55,008 nt of DNA. It comes from Paraspadella gotoi. Its lineage: Eukaryota; Animalia; Chaetognatha. Under the pieces are notes generated by a model that had not been told where the DNA came from, ran no database searches, and saw nothing but the letters and a program-made list of their open reading frames with translations. This document shows positions 23,800-37,240 of the stretch, piece after piece; position 1 is the first letter of the stretch; each line of letters begins with the position of its first letter. The stretch spans positions 1-55,008 of the forward strand of contig JBJCIZ010001673.1 in NCBI GenBank assembly GCA_051294375.1, in the 5' to 3' direction. The position numbers and the translations under genes were made by a program.

Positions 23800-24700
23800 A
23801 TTTTAATTAAAATTCTAAAAGTAAGGAATGAACAACATTATACTAATGAACATTTGTGTATAAAAAAATTTATTATAAATTTTACAGTTTACGCAGTAGG
23901 CTATATACATAATACTAATCCAATAAATGTAAAAATTTAAAAAAAAATTTTTTAAAGATTTTTTGACAGATTTGAATTCGTCGTGAAAAGTTGATATAAA
24001 GAAATTAACTCTTTTTTAAAAATTCTTTCATTAAGTTGGTCAAATATAAGAAAAACATATATATATATATATTTATATGTTAAATATAGTTTTTTTAATT
24101 TTTAAACCACCTCATGAAATAATTTTTAAAAATGATTTCTATTTTCTTTTATCAACTTTTGACAAGGAATTCAAATCTGCAATCAAAAATAAAAAAGCTT
24201 ATTTTCAAATTTTTAAATTTTATAAGGATAGTACTATATATATATATCCTACTACAAAAATTTAAAAAATAAAATTAATTTTTTTACAAATTAATATTCA
24301 CTGATGGTTAGGCCAGAACAGGTTAAAAAATAAAAGTTTTCTCAAATAAATAATGGTCAAGTGACTGTTAGAGAATATAAAAATACAAATAATTTTTAAA
24401 ATTTATCTTATTCATAAGTGTATGGAAGGATTTAAAAATTATTTTATTACTATATAAAGTAAAAATTTTTAAAAATTTTTAAAAATTTTTAATAGATTCT
24501 GATAGAGCTTTAAAAGTTAGATAAAAGTTATTATTACAACTTTTTAAAATTTTTTTTTAGTATTGATGAAAATTTAAAAAACCATAAAAAACCATAATGA
24601 TAATTTTTTAAGGTTTTTTATTTTTAACTACTTTATTGTCAAAATTTTTAAAAATTATAATACTAACTTTTTTTCAACTTTTCAAGCTTTATAAGAATCC
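23800..24700. mobile_element. AT-rich non-autonomous DNA-transposon-like repeat
   Basis: 24090-24310 (ATCAACTTTTGACAAGGAATTCAAATCTGCAATCAAAA...TTTATAAGGATAGTACTATAT) matches 49880-50070. Inverted pieces occur at 23860-24060 and 50130-50500. Confidence 0.55.
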
Positions 24701-25019
24701 GTTCTTAAAAAATGAAATAAAAAAAAAGTTTGTCATTTGTTATATATTAATTAATATTTAAAAGCTTCAGTGCAACAACCCAATAAACTAATTCAAGAAG
24801 TTGTATTAAAAATCGATTTAGTAATAGAAATAAAAAAAAATTTGAAAGAACTAAAAATTATAAAAAGTGTTCAATTTTGGCCCACCTTACCGATGGTATG
24901 TTGTTGATAATTGACTTTTAAAATTTTCGTAAATAATGAATAAATTAAACGTTGCTGTCAATGATTAAGGCTTACATTAAAGCTAAAACATATGTTTTTT
25001 ATAATTTTAAAAAGTTTAT

Positions 25020-25760
25020 TGTTTATAAATACTAATTGCTTCAAATATTGCTTCAGAAATTTAAATTATTATATACTTAAGCTGAGACTTAGTTTTAAAC
25101 TTATACTTGTATTATACTTATTGTATTATATACTTATACTTGTACACTTGTATTTAAGCCTAACTTAGCCTTAACCCTAACTTGCCCCTAATCCTAAATT
25201 ATCCAAAACCCGAACTAACCCTTTAGCCCTAAATTATCCCTAACCATAATTTACCCCTAACCTTTATAAATACTAATTGGTTCAAATATTGCTTCAAAAA
25301 TTTAAATTATTATATACTTAAGCTGAGACTTAGTTTTAAACTTATACTGTATTATACTTATTGTATTATATACTTATACTTGTACACTTGTATTGAAGCT
25401 TAACTTAGCCTTAACCCTAACTTGCCCCTAATCCTAAATTATCCAAAACCCGAACTAACCCTTTAGCCCTAAATTATCCCTAACCATAATTTACCCCTAA
25501 CCTTTATAAATACTAATTGGTTCAAATATTGCTTCAAAAATTTAAATTATTATATACTTAAGCTGAGACTTAGTTTTAAACTTATACTGTATTATACTTA
25601 TTGTATTATATACTTATACTTGTACACTTGTATTTAAGCCTAACTTAGCCTTAACCCTAACTTGCCCCTAATACTAAATTATCCAAAACCCGAACTAACC
25701 CTTAACCCTAACTTACCCTTAACCCTAAATTATCTCTAACCCTAACTTACCTTAGTCTAC
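25020..25760. repeat. Three tandem ~240-bp units ending in degenerate CCCTAA tracts
   Basis: TTATAAATACTAATTG recurs near 25023, 25264 and 25504. Each unit has GCTGAGACTTAG and AACCCTAA-rich ends. Confidence 0.85.
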
Positions 25761-27409
25761 TCCAAACCTTTAACTTTTTAGCTTAGCTTACCCTTATCCT
25801 ATTTTAAATTTTAATTTACCCTTCTTAACATAATCTTTACATAAATATTAATATAATAACAGTAATAACAAATATTACAAAATTCTTTCCAATTTATTAA
25901 GAAAAACTTTGCTCTTAATTTTCCCAGAGACCTTTAGAATGTATTAATCTCCTGGAATGCCAAATAATCTATCTTGCCCCTCACTTTGGTCAGGCCATGA
26001 TGGTTTAAGGCCTCCATCACTTTTAAAAGATAATTACATAGCTTACATATATAACTTAAGTCCAATTATTAGCAGAGCATACATATATAACTTAAGTACA
26101 AGTAATTTAACAATATAAACGCAATAAGAAACTAACCTTCAATTTGGGTTCCAGAATAAAGATAAAACATGGCGATTAAAAAGATTGTAAAACAAATTAT
26201 TAAAGAATTTTCCATTTCATTTTTAAAAACGTGTTTGAATTGACGATAAAAGACTTGCAAACGTATTCAACTAAAACTCAGCTAACTGATCGCGGGGCAC
26301 GGGGCGGAGAGATATCTAACAGAAAACAAATGATACAGATATTAGGTCTAACCAAAATGTACAACTTCGTCCTCAACTTGGTCAAGGTCACCACTTTTCT
26401 CAGCTCAAGGCGATATCCTCATTTTCTAAGGTCCGAACTTTTACCAATATCATAACCATTAACCACTCTGTTCTTTATCCTGATGAACGTCAGTCAAAAA
26501 AACTGCCAGTTCGACAATATATATATAAAATTATATATCTCTTTCTCTCTTTCACTTTTTATCTCTTTCTCTCCCTCTCGGTTTCTCCCTATCTCCCTTA
26601 CTAAGTTTTGTATCGTTATCCTTGTTGCACAATGATTTTATTACTATTGTAGAATATAATAGAAATTTATATAATAAAAATATATTTTACTACACCAAAA
26701 AAGATCTAAGAAAAAGAAATATAATTACAAAAAAAATAAAAAAATATAAAAAAGATACTTCACTTTTTTACATCGTTGCCCCCTTGCTGCGGCTCCTGAA
26801 GCAGCGAACTAAAACACACGCACAACACTCGTATCTTTTGCTGCTTCCATCGTACATGTAAATTATAATAATATAATTATTTTAATCATATAATTTAATA
26901 ATATAAATTAAATATATAATATATTAATATATATAATTATATAATGTAAATTATATTAAAATAATTATTTTAATCATATAATTTAATAATCATTTAATCA
27001 TATTATAATCATATATGTAAATTATAATAATATAATTATTTTATATAATAATAAAATTAATACTAATATAGATATAAAATTTTCATTACAAAAATTTTCA
27101 TTTAAATTACTAATTATTGATACAATCTCTAACTGGTGGGCTCTGGGCCTAACTAAGTCTCACGTCTAGTAGAAACCGAAAGGAATGGGAGGAGAATAAA
27201 TGTATTTCACAACTGAGGTCTAAACTCTATCAGAAAAATATAAAAGGTCCTAAAAAGGGGGAGAGAGAAAGAGTCTGAGAGAGAGGAGATGGACTGAACC
27301 TAAACTTGAACGCGACCCCGAATCCCCGTGAGGAGGATGAGGAGGGAGGAGGAAAAGAGAGAGAAGAGGAGCTGTAGACCAGCGTAGTCTACCGGCCTTC
27401 GATTCTGAC

Positions 27410-27660
27410 AATGATAATAAATTATTGATTCGATAATAATGAATTATTGATGCAATAATAAGGAGTTTTTGATACAATGATAACTAATTATTGATACAAT
27501 GATAATGAATTATTGATGCGACTATAACAAATTATTGATGAGATTATAACGAATTATTGATGAAGTGATAACAAATTATTGATGAAGTGATAACGAATTA
27601 TTGATGAAGTGATAACGAATTATTGATATGATGATAACAAATTATTGATATCTCAAATAT
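27410..27660. repeat. 21-22-bp minisatellite (GATAACGAATTATTGATGAAGT), duplicated at 28550-28765
   Basis: Tandem units with the same variant order in both blocks, each ending in ATCTCAAATATCATTTT. Confidence 0.8.
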
Positions 27661-27692
27661 CATTTTACTACACCAAAAACGATATAAGATAT

Positions 27693-27947
27693 TATGGCAA
27701 CAGCCGGGTTGCCTGTGATGCCCATTGGGATGGGGCATCTCACTGTTGGCTTTGGGGGCTTCCGACCCTCAGTGACGCCTCCAGTCACTGGCGCGGTTAC
27801 CCTAGGACGGTCTCGCTTTGCCAACGCAGAGGGAAGTCGTTAGGACTGTGGATGGAACACTACGCCTGGGATGGTGTGTTCCCCCTCTGAGCCAATGGAT
27901 TTGGCTGACGGATGGTGGACGTGAGGCGGTGTGAATATACCGCCACA
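27693..27947 (-). mobile_element. Solo LTR, family B
   Basis: TATGG...CCACA flanked by the 4-bp TSD ATAT. It is the reverse complement of 22553-22789. Confidence 0.8.
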
Positions 27948-27961
27948 ATATAATCTTGAGT

Positions 27962-28195
27962 TGAAGAGACAGTAATTATTGATATGTGTTAATGACAGAA
28001 CCGTTCAATATAAGCAGTCCCTGAGCTTCGGATCAGGCTGTAACACCATGTTACTGGCTGGTTAAGCGCCCCGTCCCTCTTAACTGCTAGGCAGCCACTG
28101 GGCTAGAACCCCGGACCTTTGGGTTGGGAGGCGAATGACTTGCCTCCGGCACCAATGGCCGCTGATGAACGGTTGGTGGATTTTAGTCTACCATA
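27962..28195 (-). mobile_element. Solo LTR, family A (tRNA-containing)
   Basis: Reverse complement of the LTRs at 40645-41292, flanked by the 4-bp TSD GAGT. Confidence 0.9.
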
Positions 28196-28269
28196 GAGTT
28201 ATCAAAAAAAAATAAAAAAGATACATAAAACAAATAGTATATAAATTAATATAATACTATTAAAAATTA

Positions 28270-29239
28270 TACTAATATAAATTTATATAATAATAAAAAT
28301 AATTTACAAACTTAGAAAACCCAAAATAATCTAAAAAAAAAATAAAAAAGATACATAAATATATATATATAAATTATAATAATATCTTTTTATATAATAA
28401 TAAAAATAACACTAACATAGATATATAATCTTGAGTAATCGAAATTAAAATATATAAAAAAATGTATACTAATCTTGCCAGCAGAATTGTCAAAAAAATT
28501 TAATTAAAAAAATTGTATTTGAAAAATATTTATTTGAAAAATGTAATGATAAATAATTATTGATACAAAGATAATAAATTATTGATGCGATAATAATGAA
28601 TTATTGATACAATGATAACTAATTATTGATACAATGATAATGAATTATTGATGCGACTATAACAAATTATTGATGAGATGATAACAAATTATTTATGTGA
28701 TGATAACGAATTATTGATGAAGTGATAACGAATTATTGATATGATGATAACAAATTATTGACATCTCAAATATCATTTTTTGATTGAAAAAAAAATTGCC
28801 CAAATTTTATGCTAATTTGCATATTACAGTTAGTCAATGATTTGGGAATATTGAATAATATCAAACAATCTATTTTGTATATCTCAAAGATCATTTTTTT
28901 ATTAAAAAAACGAAATAATATTTTTTCCTATACTATATCCTAATTTGCAAATTACAGTTAGTCAAAATGATTTGGGAATTCCAAATCAGATCAAACGATC
29001 CATTTCGTATCTCTCAAAAGATCATTTTTTGATTGAAAAAAAAAAAATCCTATTCTATATTCTAATTTGCATATTACAGTTAGTAAAAATGATTTCGGAA
29101 TTCAAAATCAGATCAAACGATCCATTTCGTAGCTCTCAAAGATCATTTTTGATTGAAACAAAGAAATTAAAAAATTTTCTTGGGTACGAGTTGGGTACGA
29201 GTTGGGTACGCCGCTGAGTACGCGAGAGAAAAAATTGTA
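28270..29239. repeat. Right arm of the long inverted repeat (partner 1086-1620)
   Basis: Three to four ~115-bp ATGCTAATTTGCATATTACAGTT units, then TTGGGTACGAGTTGGGTACGCCGCTGAGTACGCGAGAGAAAAAATTGTA. A 100-N gap begins 25 bp later. Confidence 0.85.
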
Positions 29240-29621
29240 AACCCGGGCTTTCGCCCCAAAAGAANNNNNNNNNNNNNNNNNNNNNNNNNNNNNNNNNNNN
29301 NNNNNNNNNNNNNNNNNNNNNNNNNNNNNNNNNNNNNNNNNNNNNNNNNNNNNNNNNNNNNNNNGAAACTTCCTTCCTCTTTATTCTCAGGTCAGCTTTA
29401 CAAAATAGCTTTTACTAAAACATTAGTTAAAAAAATTATTTAAAAAATATTTTTTAATAGTAATGGTGAATGGCGAAAAAGATTCACTTTTTCTCTTTAG
29501 CGNNNNNNNNNNATTATTTTATTGGATTATAGGGAATAATATTTAATAATAATTCTTTCCAAAGTAAATGTTATAATGTCTTAAACTAATTAAATTAATT
29601 AAATTAATTTTATATTTACAG

Positions 29622-32600
29622 TTGCTAGGTCGTTATCTTCACCTCATGAGGGATGGCTGCGGGTCGAGAACGAAGTCTGAAGCTTGTCAAATCGTCTCAG
29701 AAGAAGTGATCGCCCTTTGGGAGAAGGCCAACGTTCCTAGTATTAGTTTTCGTATAACAAAAGTAAAGGTTGAAAAACAGATAGATAGGTATTTCAAATT
29801 ACGTAAGTTTAGAGACAAAGAGGTGAAACAAGTGTGGTATACCACCGAGTTGGGAAAATGGGTCAAAGATATGAACGAGGTTTTTGACATAAAAATGGCT
29901 GATCACCTGATTAAAAATCATGAAAAGCGTACTAATATTCCGTACGGGAAAGAGGAGCAGGATTTTTATCAGGACCAGGTTACGAAGTCGTTCAACATGT
30001 CCATTCGCGGCGTTGATCGGAATGGAAGAAGAAGAATGATGCGAAATTAGAGAAGCAGAAAAGGTGAATAACAGTTATATAAAATTTTATTTTTAGAATT
30101 ATTATAATTTTTTTTTATTTAGTCAAGACGATCGCGATCGCAAATGGGCCGAGGAAAAAGAAGATGTGATGTCACCTTATGTGGTCGAGCCAGTCGCAGA
30201 TTTTTCTCTTTCCGATGAGTATCAAAATGAGAATAAAGACCAGATAGTTGAACGTGTCGTTTTTACACGAAATAAAAAAAGGCGTTTAGATGAGTGTGGG
30301 GAAATTGAAACCGAAAAGTCAAAAGATTTTGATCTAAGAGTTCGAGAGTCATTCATGAAATACGGAATTGTGTGTATGACTTTTTAATGCACTTTGTTTC
30401 AGATGCTTCAGCTTCCAACAATCAAGCCGTGCTTGCAGCAAAATTTTTTGCCAAGCATATCCTTGATGTTGATTGGTTGACGCAAGAAGAAGCAATTGCA
30501 GAAAAAAAAAAGGCGAAAGAGGAGGGCCGAGAGTTACCGATTCAGTTTTATAATTATGTCCTACCCTCAAATCAAGCACTAAATCGAATGAGGGATCAAT
30601 ATGCAAAAGCTACTGAGCAGAGCATTGCTAATCTTCTATTAAATTTAGATGAAACGGACACGGTGACTCATCATGGTGACAGTACAACGCGAAGCATGAC
30701 GGGGAAGCTATTCACTGCGCCACTAAGTATTGGGGATACGACGAAATTGTCTCTTCCAATCCAGCAGTTGAGTAGTGAAACCACAGAAGATATAGCTGAT
30801 GTGTATGAGTTGATATATAAACGTATGTCAGTGTTAACGGGTATACCATCAGTAAATTTTTTTGACAAACTTACGGCTTTTATGACGGATTCCGCCGCTG
30901 ACATGAATAATTTGGTACAAATTTTAAAAAATCGTTTAAATTCTGAGCATGAACCGTTTCACCTAAAATGCGTACTGCACACTGTACTTGGCTTCTCAAA
31001 CACTGAACTTAATGTAATATCTGGTTTAGAGCAATGTATTGGTCCAAGTAAAATTTATGGTACATCCAAGTGTCACGATACATCAAACGTTTGTAAAAGT
31101 AGTATTATCGCTATTTTGAAATTAATCTCACCCCAGTTTCAGCACAAACCGTACAACAAAAAGTCTGAGTTCGATGCTCTACTTTCTGAAACTGATTCTA
31201 ATAAAAAAAACGATGCCTTTTCATTAAGAAGTCATAGGTTTGGTGCTGTAGAAAAATCCGCCACTGTAGTTTTGTATCATTGGGATGATGTGCGAAATCT
31301 TTGTGATAGAATTGAAAATCGTAATGATCTTGTCATTTTTGTCAGGACGATTTTGGAGTGCGGTTTTATCAAAATCGTTCTGTTGTCCCTTGGTCTTATT
31401 GGATTGCATCTCGTGGAGCCCTTCATTGAATTGGTAACAAATTCAACTCATATCGAATTGCTTAGTTCCCTTCCATTGCTTTATTCGGAGTTGTCTAATT
31501 ACAAACAATTCGCTTCACGGGCATTGTCAACCACGCAAGCAGCTATTCCTCCTTTACAGCTTTCATTCACTGAGGTTTTAAATAAAAATGTTTATCCTAA
31601 ACGTTGGTTAGAGTCTTTGCAGTTGGAGATTGACGGGCTGGACAGCGAGACCGAGGAAACTCTGAAGAACATACTGGGCCTGATGAGTCACCACTGCGCA
31701 AAGACCTTACTACGGCAAAGAGGGGATGCTTACGGATTTTCAGCTAACTCAGAAAACAAAGGTTTTAATGAGTGATAAAGTTTTTATTTGCCTTTTATTT
31801 GGTTAATATACGGAATTTTATTATTTTTAAACCATACATACTGTTAAATTTTTTTACAGATGATGTTTCTCAAATTCCGGCACCAAAGTTAAAGCAACTT
31901 CCCGTGACGAATCTGGCGGCAGAAAATTCGTTTGGTCTTATTGATAGCTACCTCACTCGACTTCGGACTACAAGTGTAAAGTGTGTTTCAGACCGTCTCG
32001 TAATTCGTAGCGGTGGTATAAGTATCTATGGGACAACAGCTGCTCGTGAAGTAAGAAAGTTCAGTGCTGAGTTAGATTCGCTGCAAAAACNNNNNNNNNN
32101 AAAACAAAAACAGAAAAAAATTGATGCTGTTTCATCTTTAAAAGGGAAGGCAGCACTTTATCAAAAAAAGAGACTAAACCTTTTAGATAATTGTAAAAAG
32201 CATAATGGGCCTTTTTCTTCGTCTTCTGATGTTGAAAAATTTCTTGAAAGGTGCGAAATCAATGGAGTCTCGGATTTGGAGGTCAAAAAGGCGCTGAAGT
32301 CGGAGGTTTGCTACGCCCGCGAAACTCTGACGAAGAAACCAAAGACTGACGACGTTTTCCGGATCCGAGATCGTATCACAAATAAAGACCTTTCGGTGCA
32401 GCAATATTCTAGTAATCTAATTGCATTGTTTTCTAACATTTTAGCGGTGGNNNNNNNNNNTGTTGACGATATTAAAATTGCGATTGAAAAAGCTACTGCT
32501 GCCGCTGGTATAGAAGTCATCTGTGGTGAGGGGGAACCATCTAGTGAGGACAGCCCTTTAGAGGTTGACCCGGTTTTAGTTTCTGAGGTAGGCCCATTTG

Positions 32601-32965
32601 AGGCAGACCCAAAGGAAACAACTGATTTAATTCACAGTCCTTTTCTTTTTGAGAGCAGTGATATGGTAAAATATCAATTTGTTGCGGTTGCTGTAAGCAA
32701 GGAAAATGAAAAATCATGGTGTTTAGGAATGATTGATGATGTTTTTTCTTTTGATACAGCTCAGGTTAGTCTTTTCATTCCAATTGGGAATCAGCGAGTG
32801 GCAATTTTCTCCCTCCACAAGAAGACGAGGCTCTGACGCTGGACAAATATCATTTTGTACCTATTCTCCCACTCGTAACTACTAGTAACTATAAGGGACG
32901 AAGAAGTTTTTATTGTTATAACCATGAATGAAATTGATATTATTCTCGGTGGTTGTAATGCGTAA
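29622..32965 (+). pseudogene. Divergent hAT-like DDE transposase gene, spliced, with several small frameshifts
   Basis: Exons ~29622-30063, 30123-31761 and 31860-32965. Motifs: LWEKANVP..VFDI (N-terminal), HGDSTT (D), MTDSAA (D), CVLH (CxxH), RSHRFG, TNLAAENSFG (E). Frame breaks occur near 30020, 30352 and 32803-32930. Shared 3' flank runs to ~33746. Confidence 0.8.
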
Positions 32966-35944
32966 TTCATATCTTTTGACCCATTCTATTAAGTTCATGT
33001 GTTTGAGTTAAAATTTAAAAAACCAAACAAAAATTTTAAAAAATTAAAAAAAACCCAAAAAAAATTTGCATTCTTGTTATTTGACCAGAGGTACGACTTT
33101 ATATCCGAGTGACTCTTAGGACAACTCTCGCAGGCAGCTTACCAGCGCTTGCCCAGCCGTAAGGAGTCGTTCGCCTTATCAGTTTCCCAGTGCCTCAAAA
33201 ATTGTTTTGTTCTGTATCATGCTTTTTATTTTTAATTATTATTTACATTTGTTTAATTTTGTTTTTTATTTCATTTCCCGAAGATATAAGGTTGTATTTT
33301 TAAATGCGTAAACGGTAGAATAGGTTTTCTCCGTGGATATTCGGTCTGCTGTTCCTCTGATTGTTACGACGAACGGGAGGGCCATTTAAAAATTCAATCT
33401 TTAAAATATAAATTTTAAAACTTTCATACTCTTCCATTTTTTTAAAATTAAAATAATAAAATTAATTAATTAATATTATGTTGATTTTATTTATAAATAT
33501 TTTATGATATCATCACTTTGGTGATGGGAGACGCTGGACTACTAAAAATGTTTTTCTTTCTTTTTTTTCATAAGTTTAGAAACTTTGTAAATGAAATGAA
33601 GTTTTGGAATATTTTATTTTTTTCTTTCTTCCAAGCGAATTTTCCGTCATCGTCCAGTCATAAATTAGTTAGTTAAAAATGTTTTATTTGTGGACGATAA
33701 GTGTCTCTAAACGGTTGAACGGTCCAAACCCCGTTCTTTTTAACCCTTTTTTTTTAGGATTAGGTGATCTCATCTGTTACATTTAAACTACAGATTGTTA
33801 AAAATAACAATATAATACAACATTCATTTGTTATGCGACCGATTGGTAAGCAAATAGTCAGTTGTAGCGTTAGTCTAATTCGTCATTCTGAAAAACTTAA
33901 CTATATTGTATATTTAAAATATCCTTATTTTTATGCTTTTGTAAAGACTTGAAATAAGAATATTATTGTACTGTTTACGCTTATAGTATGTTTTAAATTA
34001 CTTTGTTATGCCTGAATTATGTTCCATTTAAGATTAATTATATCTGTGAGAAACTATCTTCTCGTTTAATTTTGAGGAAGAGGAATACTGTAGGTTTTCT
34101 ATAGGAGGAGGAAGAGGAAGAGGAATAACATGGCTTCCGACAGGATTTATTCGGCGAGTGCGGCCCGAACGGAGGTTCTGTCACAAAACGTCGAATTACC
34201 CGTGCTTTTAGGAAAAAAAAGTTGGAAAAAGTTATATCATATTAAAGAAAAATTGAAGTAGTTCTTTTGAGACTGTTCGCAACTCTTAAACTCGGATGCT
34301 CGGCTACCGCTAAACATATGCGGGGGGGGGGGAGATTCGAGTTCGCTCGGTGAATCGTGCGTAGCGGCGGTCCACGGAATTCCGCGAGGCGATCAGCAGG
34401 GGAGAGAGACGATATCGCGAAAATGAGTTAATCGAAATGTACGTCATCTTATTTGGTTCGATGACCAAAAATCGGCAAAACGATCCGGTTGTTTAAGAGA
34501 AGCGGAAAAATCTCCGATTCCGACGCAAAGAGATCGAAAAGATCGAGTCGCTTCTGGCGACGGATTAAAAATGAATCGTTTTATGTAGAGAAAAACATGC
34601 GTCTTTTTTTCCTGGTGGTCTTCGATTTTCGATAATTTGGTACCGATCGACGTGGAATTACGTCTAGTTTGCTGAAATAAAATTTCATCAAAATCGGTCC
34701 ACGCGTTCAAAAGTTATGGGCAAAAAACGACGAAAAAATAGCGCCTTCCGAGGGATCAACTTTCGGCGCTCAACGAGCGAAAAAGTGGTTAACATAAGAT
34801 TTGAACTACGTAGTACTAATCCTTAGTCCGACTGAATCGACGGTAAAGCCGAAATCCTCATTCCGGGCCAATAGAAATAAACGGAAAATTACGGAGCTGA
34901 ACACGGAGAGTAAATTTGGATATAAGAAACGAATTTATAAGAGAATGAGGAAATAATAATTACTGAATGGATGATAATTTATTTAATTATAAGTCCGTTA
35001 GTCCAAATTAATTGGATCTCTCTCTCTAAACCCTTCCGTGTGGATTGACCGGCTCGGAGAAACAGGAGAGAGGATATGTATTAGGACATTTTTAAATAGC
35101 GAGAAACGAGATTAAATTATTTAAAAAATGCAGGAGCATTGGTAAGAAAGAAAGAGAGAGAGATCATGGTAAAATATCTTCGGCCACTCGATCGGTGTAG
35201 CGTCGTCCACAATTTAATAATAAAGTTAACTACAATTGGATAGCGACTCCAGTGGCACTCCCGTGGTACCCTTTCGATCACTCGCTGCCTGCACTATCAC
35301 CAGTTAGGGGGTACGCGTGATTTGACTCGTAACATGTTCATTGTCTTTACCTGCTTTGTATTAGCGATGCTGGAGAGCAAATACTGAATACAGGAGATGG
35401 ACAATCTGAACTGCAAAGAATGAAGAGAGACGCAAGAAAGATTAGTGACAGCTTTTTTAACATATTCGAGCAAGTTAATTTATTAATAAAACTGGCTGTT
35501 AATATCTTAATTTGAAATTGTTAAAATCAACTGCATACGTAATTTATCCACCTGGTAAAACAAAATCAGCACCAAAGCTCTTTAGTCCTAACTTCAAAGT
35601 TACTTGCTTAAGCCCAAGATAAGGCAAGGAAAACTTAGTCTTGAAATTGGTTTACCAAAAAACTGCAACCTGAGATGCGGAATTGCGCCAAGTAACTCTC
35701 ATCTAAAACTTACTATCATTAAGCCATTGCGAATGTTTTTAAACAACTATCATCGCACTTAAATTAACTGGTTTTAAATAACGAAAAAAATTTAATAAAA
35801 GAAGACATTGAATCTATTTCAAACAGCTGTATTTAATGACAAAAGAAAACACGAAAGAGCATCTTTAAAAAAAATTAATTTAAAACAATCTTCATGACCA
35901 TTTCATAAAGGAACATATTACAACTATTTATCTCAAAACAGAAT

Positions 35945-36060
35945 TATCCCCGCGTTTTTATCTGCGAATAATCCCGGTATCTTTTATCTGCAAATCAGGT
36001 CCCGGAGTCTTTTATCTGCGAATCAGGTCCCGGCGTCTTTTATTTGCGAATCAGGTCACC
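35945..36060. repeat. ~28-bp minisatellite, 4 units
   Basis: CCCGGCGTCTTTTATCTGCGAATCAGGT variants in tandem. Confidence 0.75.
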
Positions 36061-36149
36061 GTTTCCTCTCATCCAGAAGTCATGCCGGCGTCTGTGAATC
36101 ATCTGTCTTTCATTTGCATCTTGTCTGTTTGATGCTCATTGATCCTCAA

Positions 36150-36700
36150 AGGTACTGGAAGCGCAAGGAAGGCCGTAAACCGCCTTTGGGGTGTGGAAAA
36201 CCCCCAATTAGTGTTCCATTGATGGCAAGGGGTTAAAAAAGTTACAGATTGTTGTCCTTAATGAGGATTCCTTATTTTCCTGTAACTGCAGTCGGGCGTT
36301 GCAATATGTTCGTTCACCCCGCCTATAAGCATTAAACCTTAAGTTGTGACTAGGTGGCTCTCTGAGTAATACCATCAGCTCATTACTGTCAGGTACCAGG
36401 ATCGATCTCAAATGGTACCAACCCCGCGCAAAGCGTGAGGACAGCTGTAAAACACCTCAAGCCTGGTTCCATGCCCAGGTACCGTTCCTTTGCTAGTAGT
36501 GGGGTTAAGGAAGTTGTGGATAGCACTTTGCGCCTTATCCACAGCCTTTTTCAGCACCATCCCAAGCAAGCGTTCTTTCTAGAGCTAACAACTTTTCACC
36601 GCGTTGGCGAAGCGTGACGGTATTCTTGTAAATACAAAGCTCCAAAACCCTTTAAGGAAACATGTGAGACGTCCATCCTAGCTGGGCAACATTAGCAACC
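36150..36700 (-). pseudogene. Degenerate non-LTR retrotransposon RT/thumb remnant (R2/NeSL-like)
   Basis: Minus-strand frames give ERYLGM, then SLRTTICNFFNPLP, then FHTP..GGL/GLPC across frameshifts. This is the order of the KYLG and R..W..LP..FH...GGLGLP motifs of RLE-type LINEs. Confidence 0.45.
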
Positions 36701-37240
36701 CAGCTCCTTGTTATAACTTTAGATAAAATATAGTTTATGGATTTCCCGAATTTTATCAAAAAATAATCATTTCTTGGAGTGTTTACCCACAGATTCAATT
36801 AAAAAAAATAATCATAAGCTTATAAATAATTATTAAATCGTTCAGTAGTTTCTGATCATCAGACCAAGATGAAACGCTAAGCTACAACTGGGTTAACCGG
36901 GCCATTCTTTGAATAATACATGTGGGTTTTTTACCAAAAAAAGACCAAACTTCTACCATTATAGAGACGATGATCGGCCAATAAAAATCCCATGGCAATG
37001 ATAAATTAAAAAGATTAAAAAACATTTTTTTAATAAATAATAGATTGTGCTCATAAGCAGAAAAAAAAATACCGGCTGGAAACATTTTAAACTGTGAATC
37101 TACCAATTTATCATTTATGAACCTATAATTATAATTGCATGGATGGCGGTAAATAAAAATGTTCACATTTAATATTTAAATATTGCTACAAAGAAGCAAA
37201 CAGTTAATAAAAATATGAAGCTAATTCTAAACAAACTACA

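Noticed and set aside
27962-28195. tRNA-derived SINE
   Set aside because: There is no A-rich tail, the ends are fixed with 4-bp TSDs, and a paired-LTR copy with PBS and PPT exists.
34280-34792. piggyBac-like element ending in GGTTAA
   Set aside because: It is CpG-rich and transposon-like, but no matching left TIR was identified.
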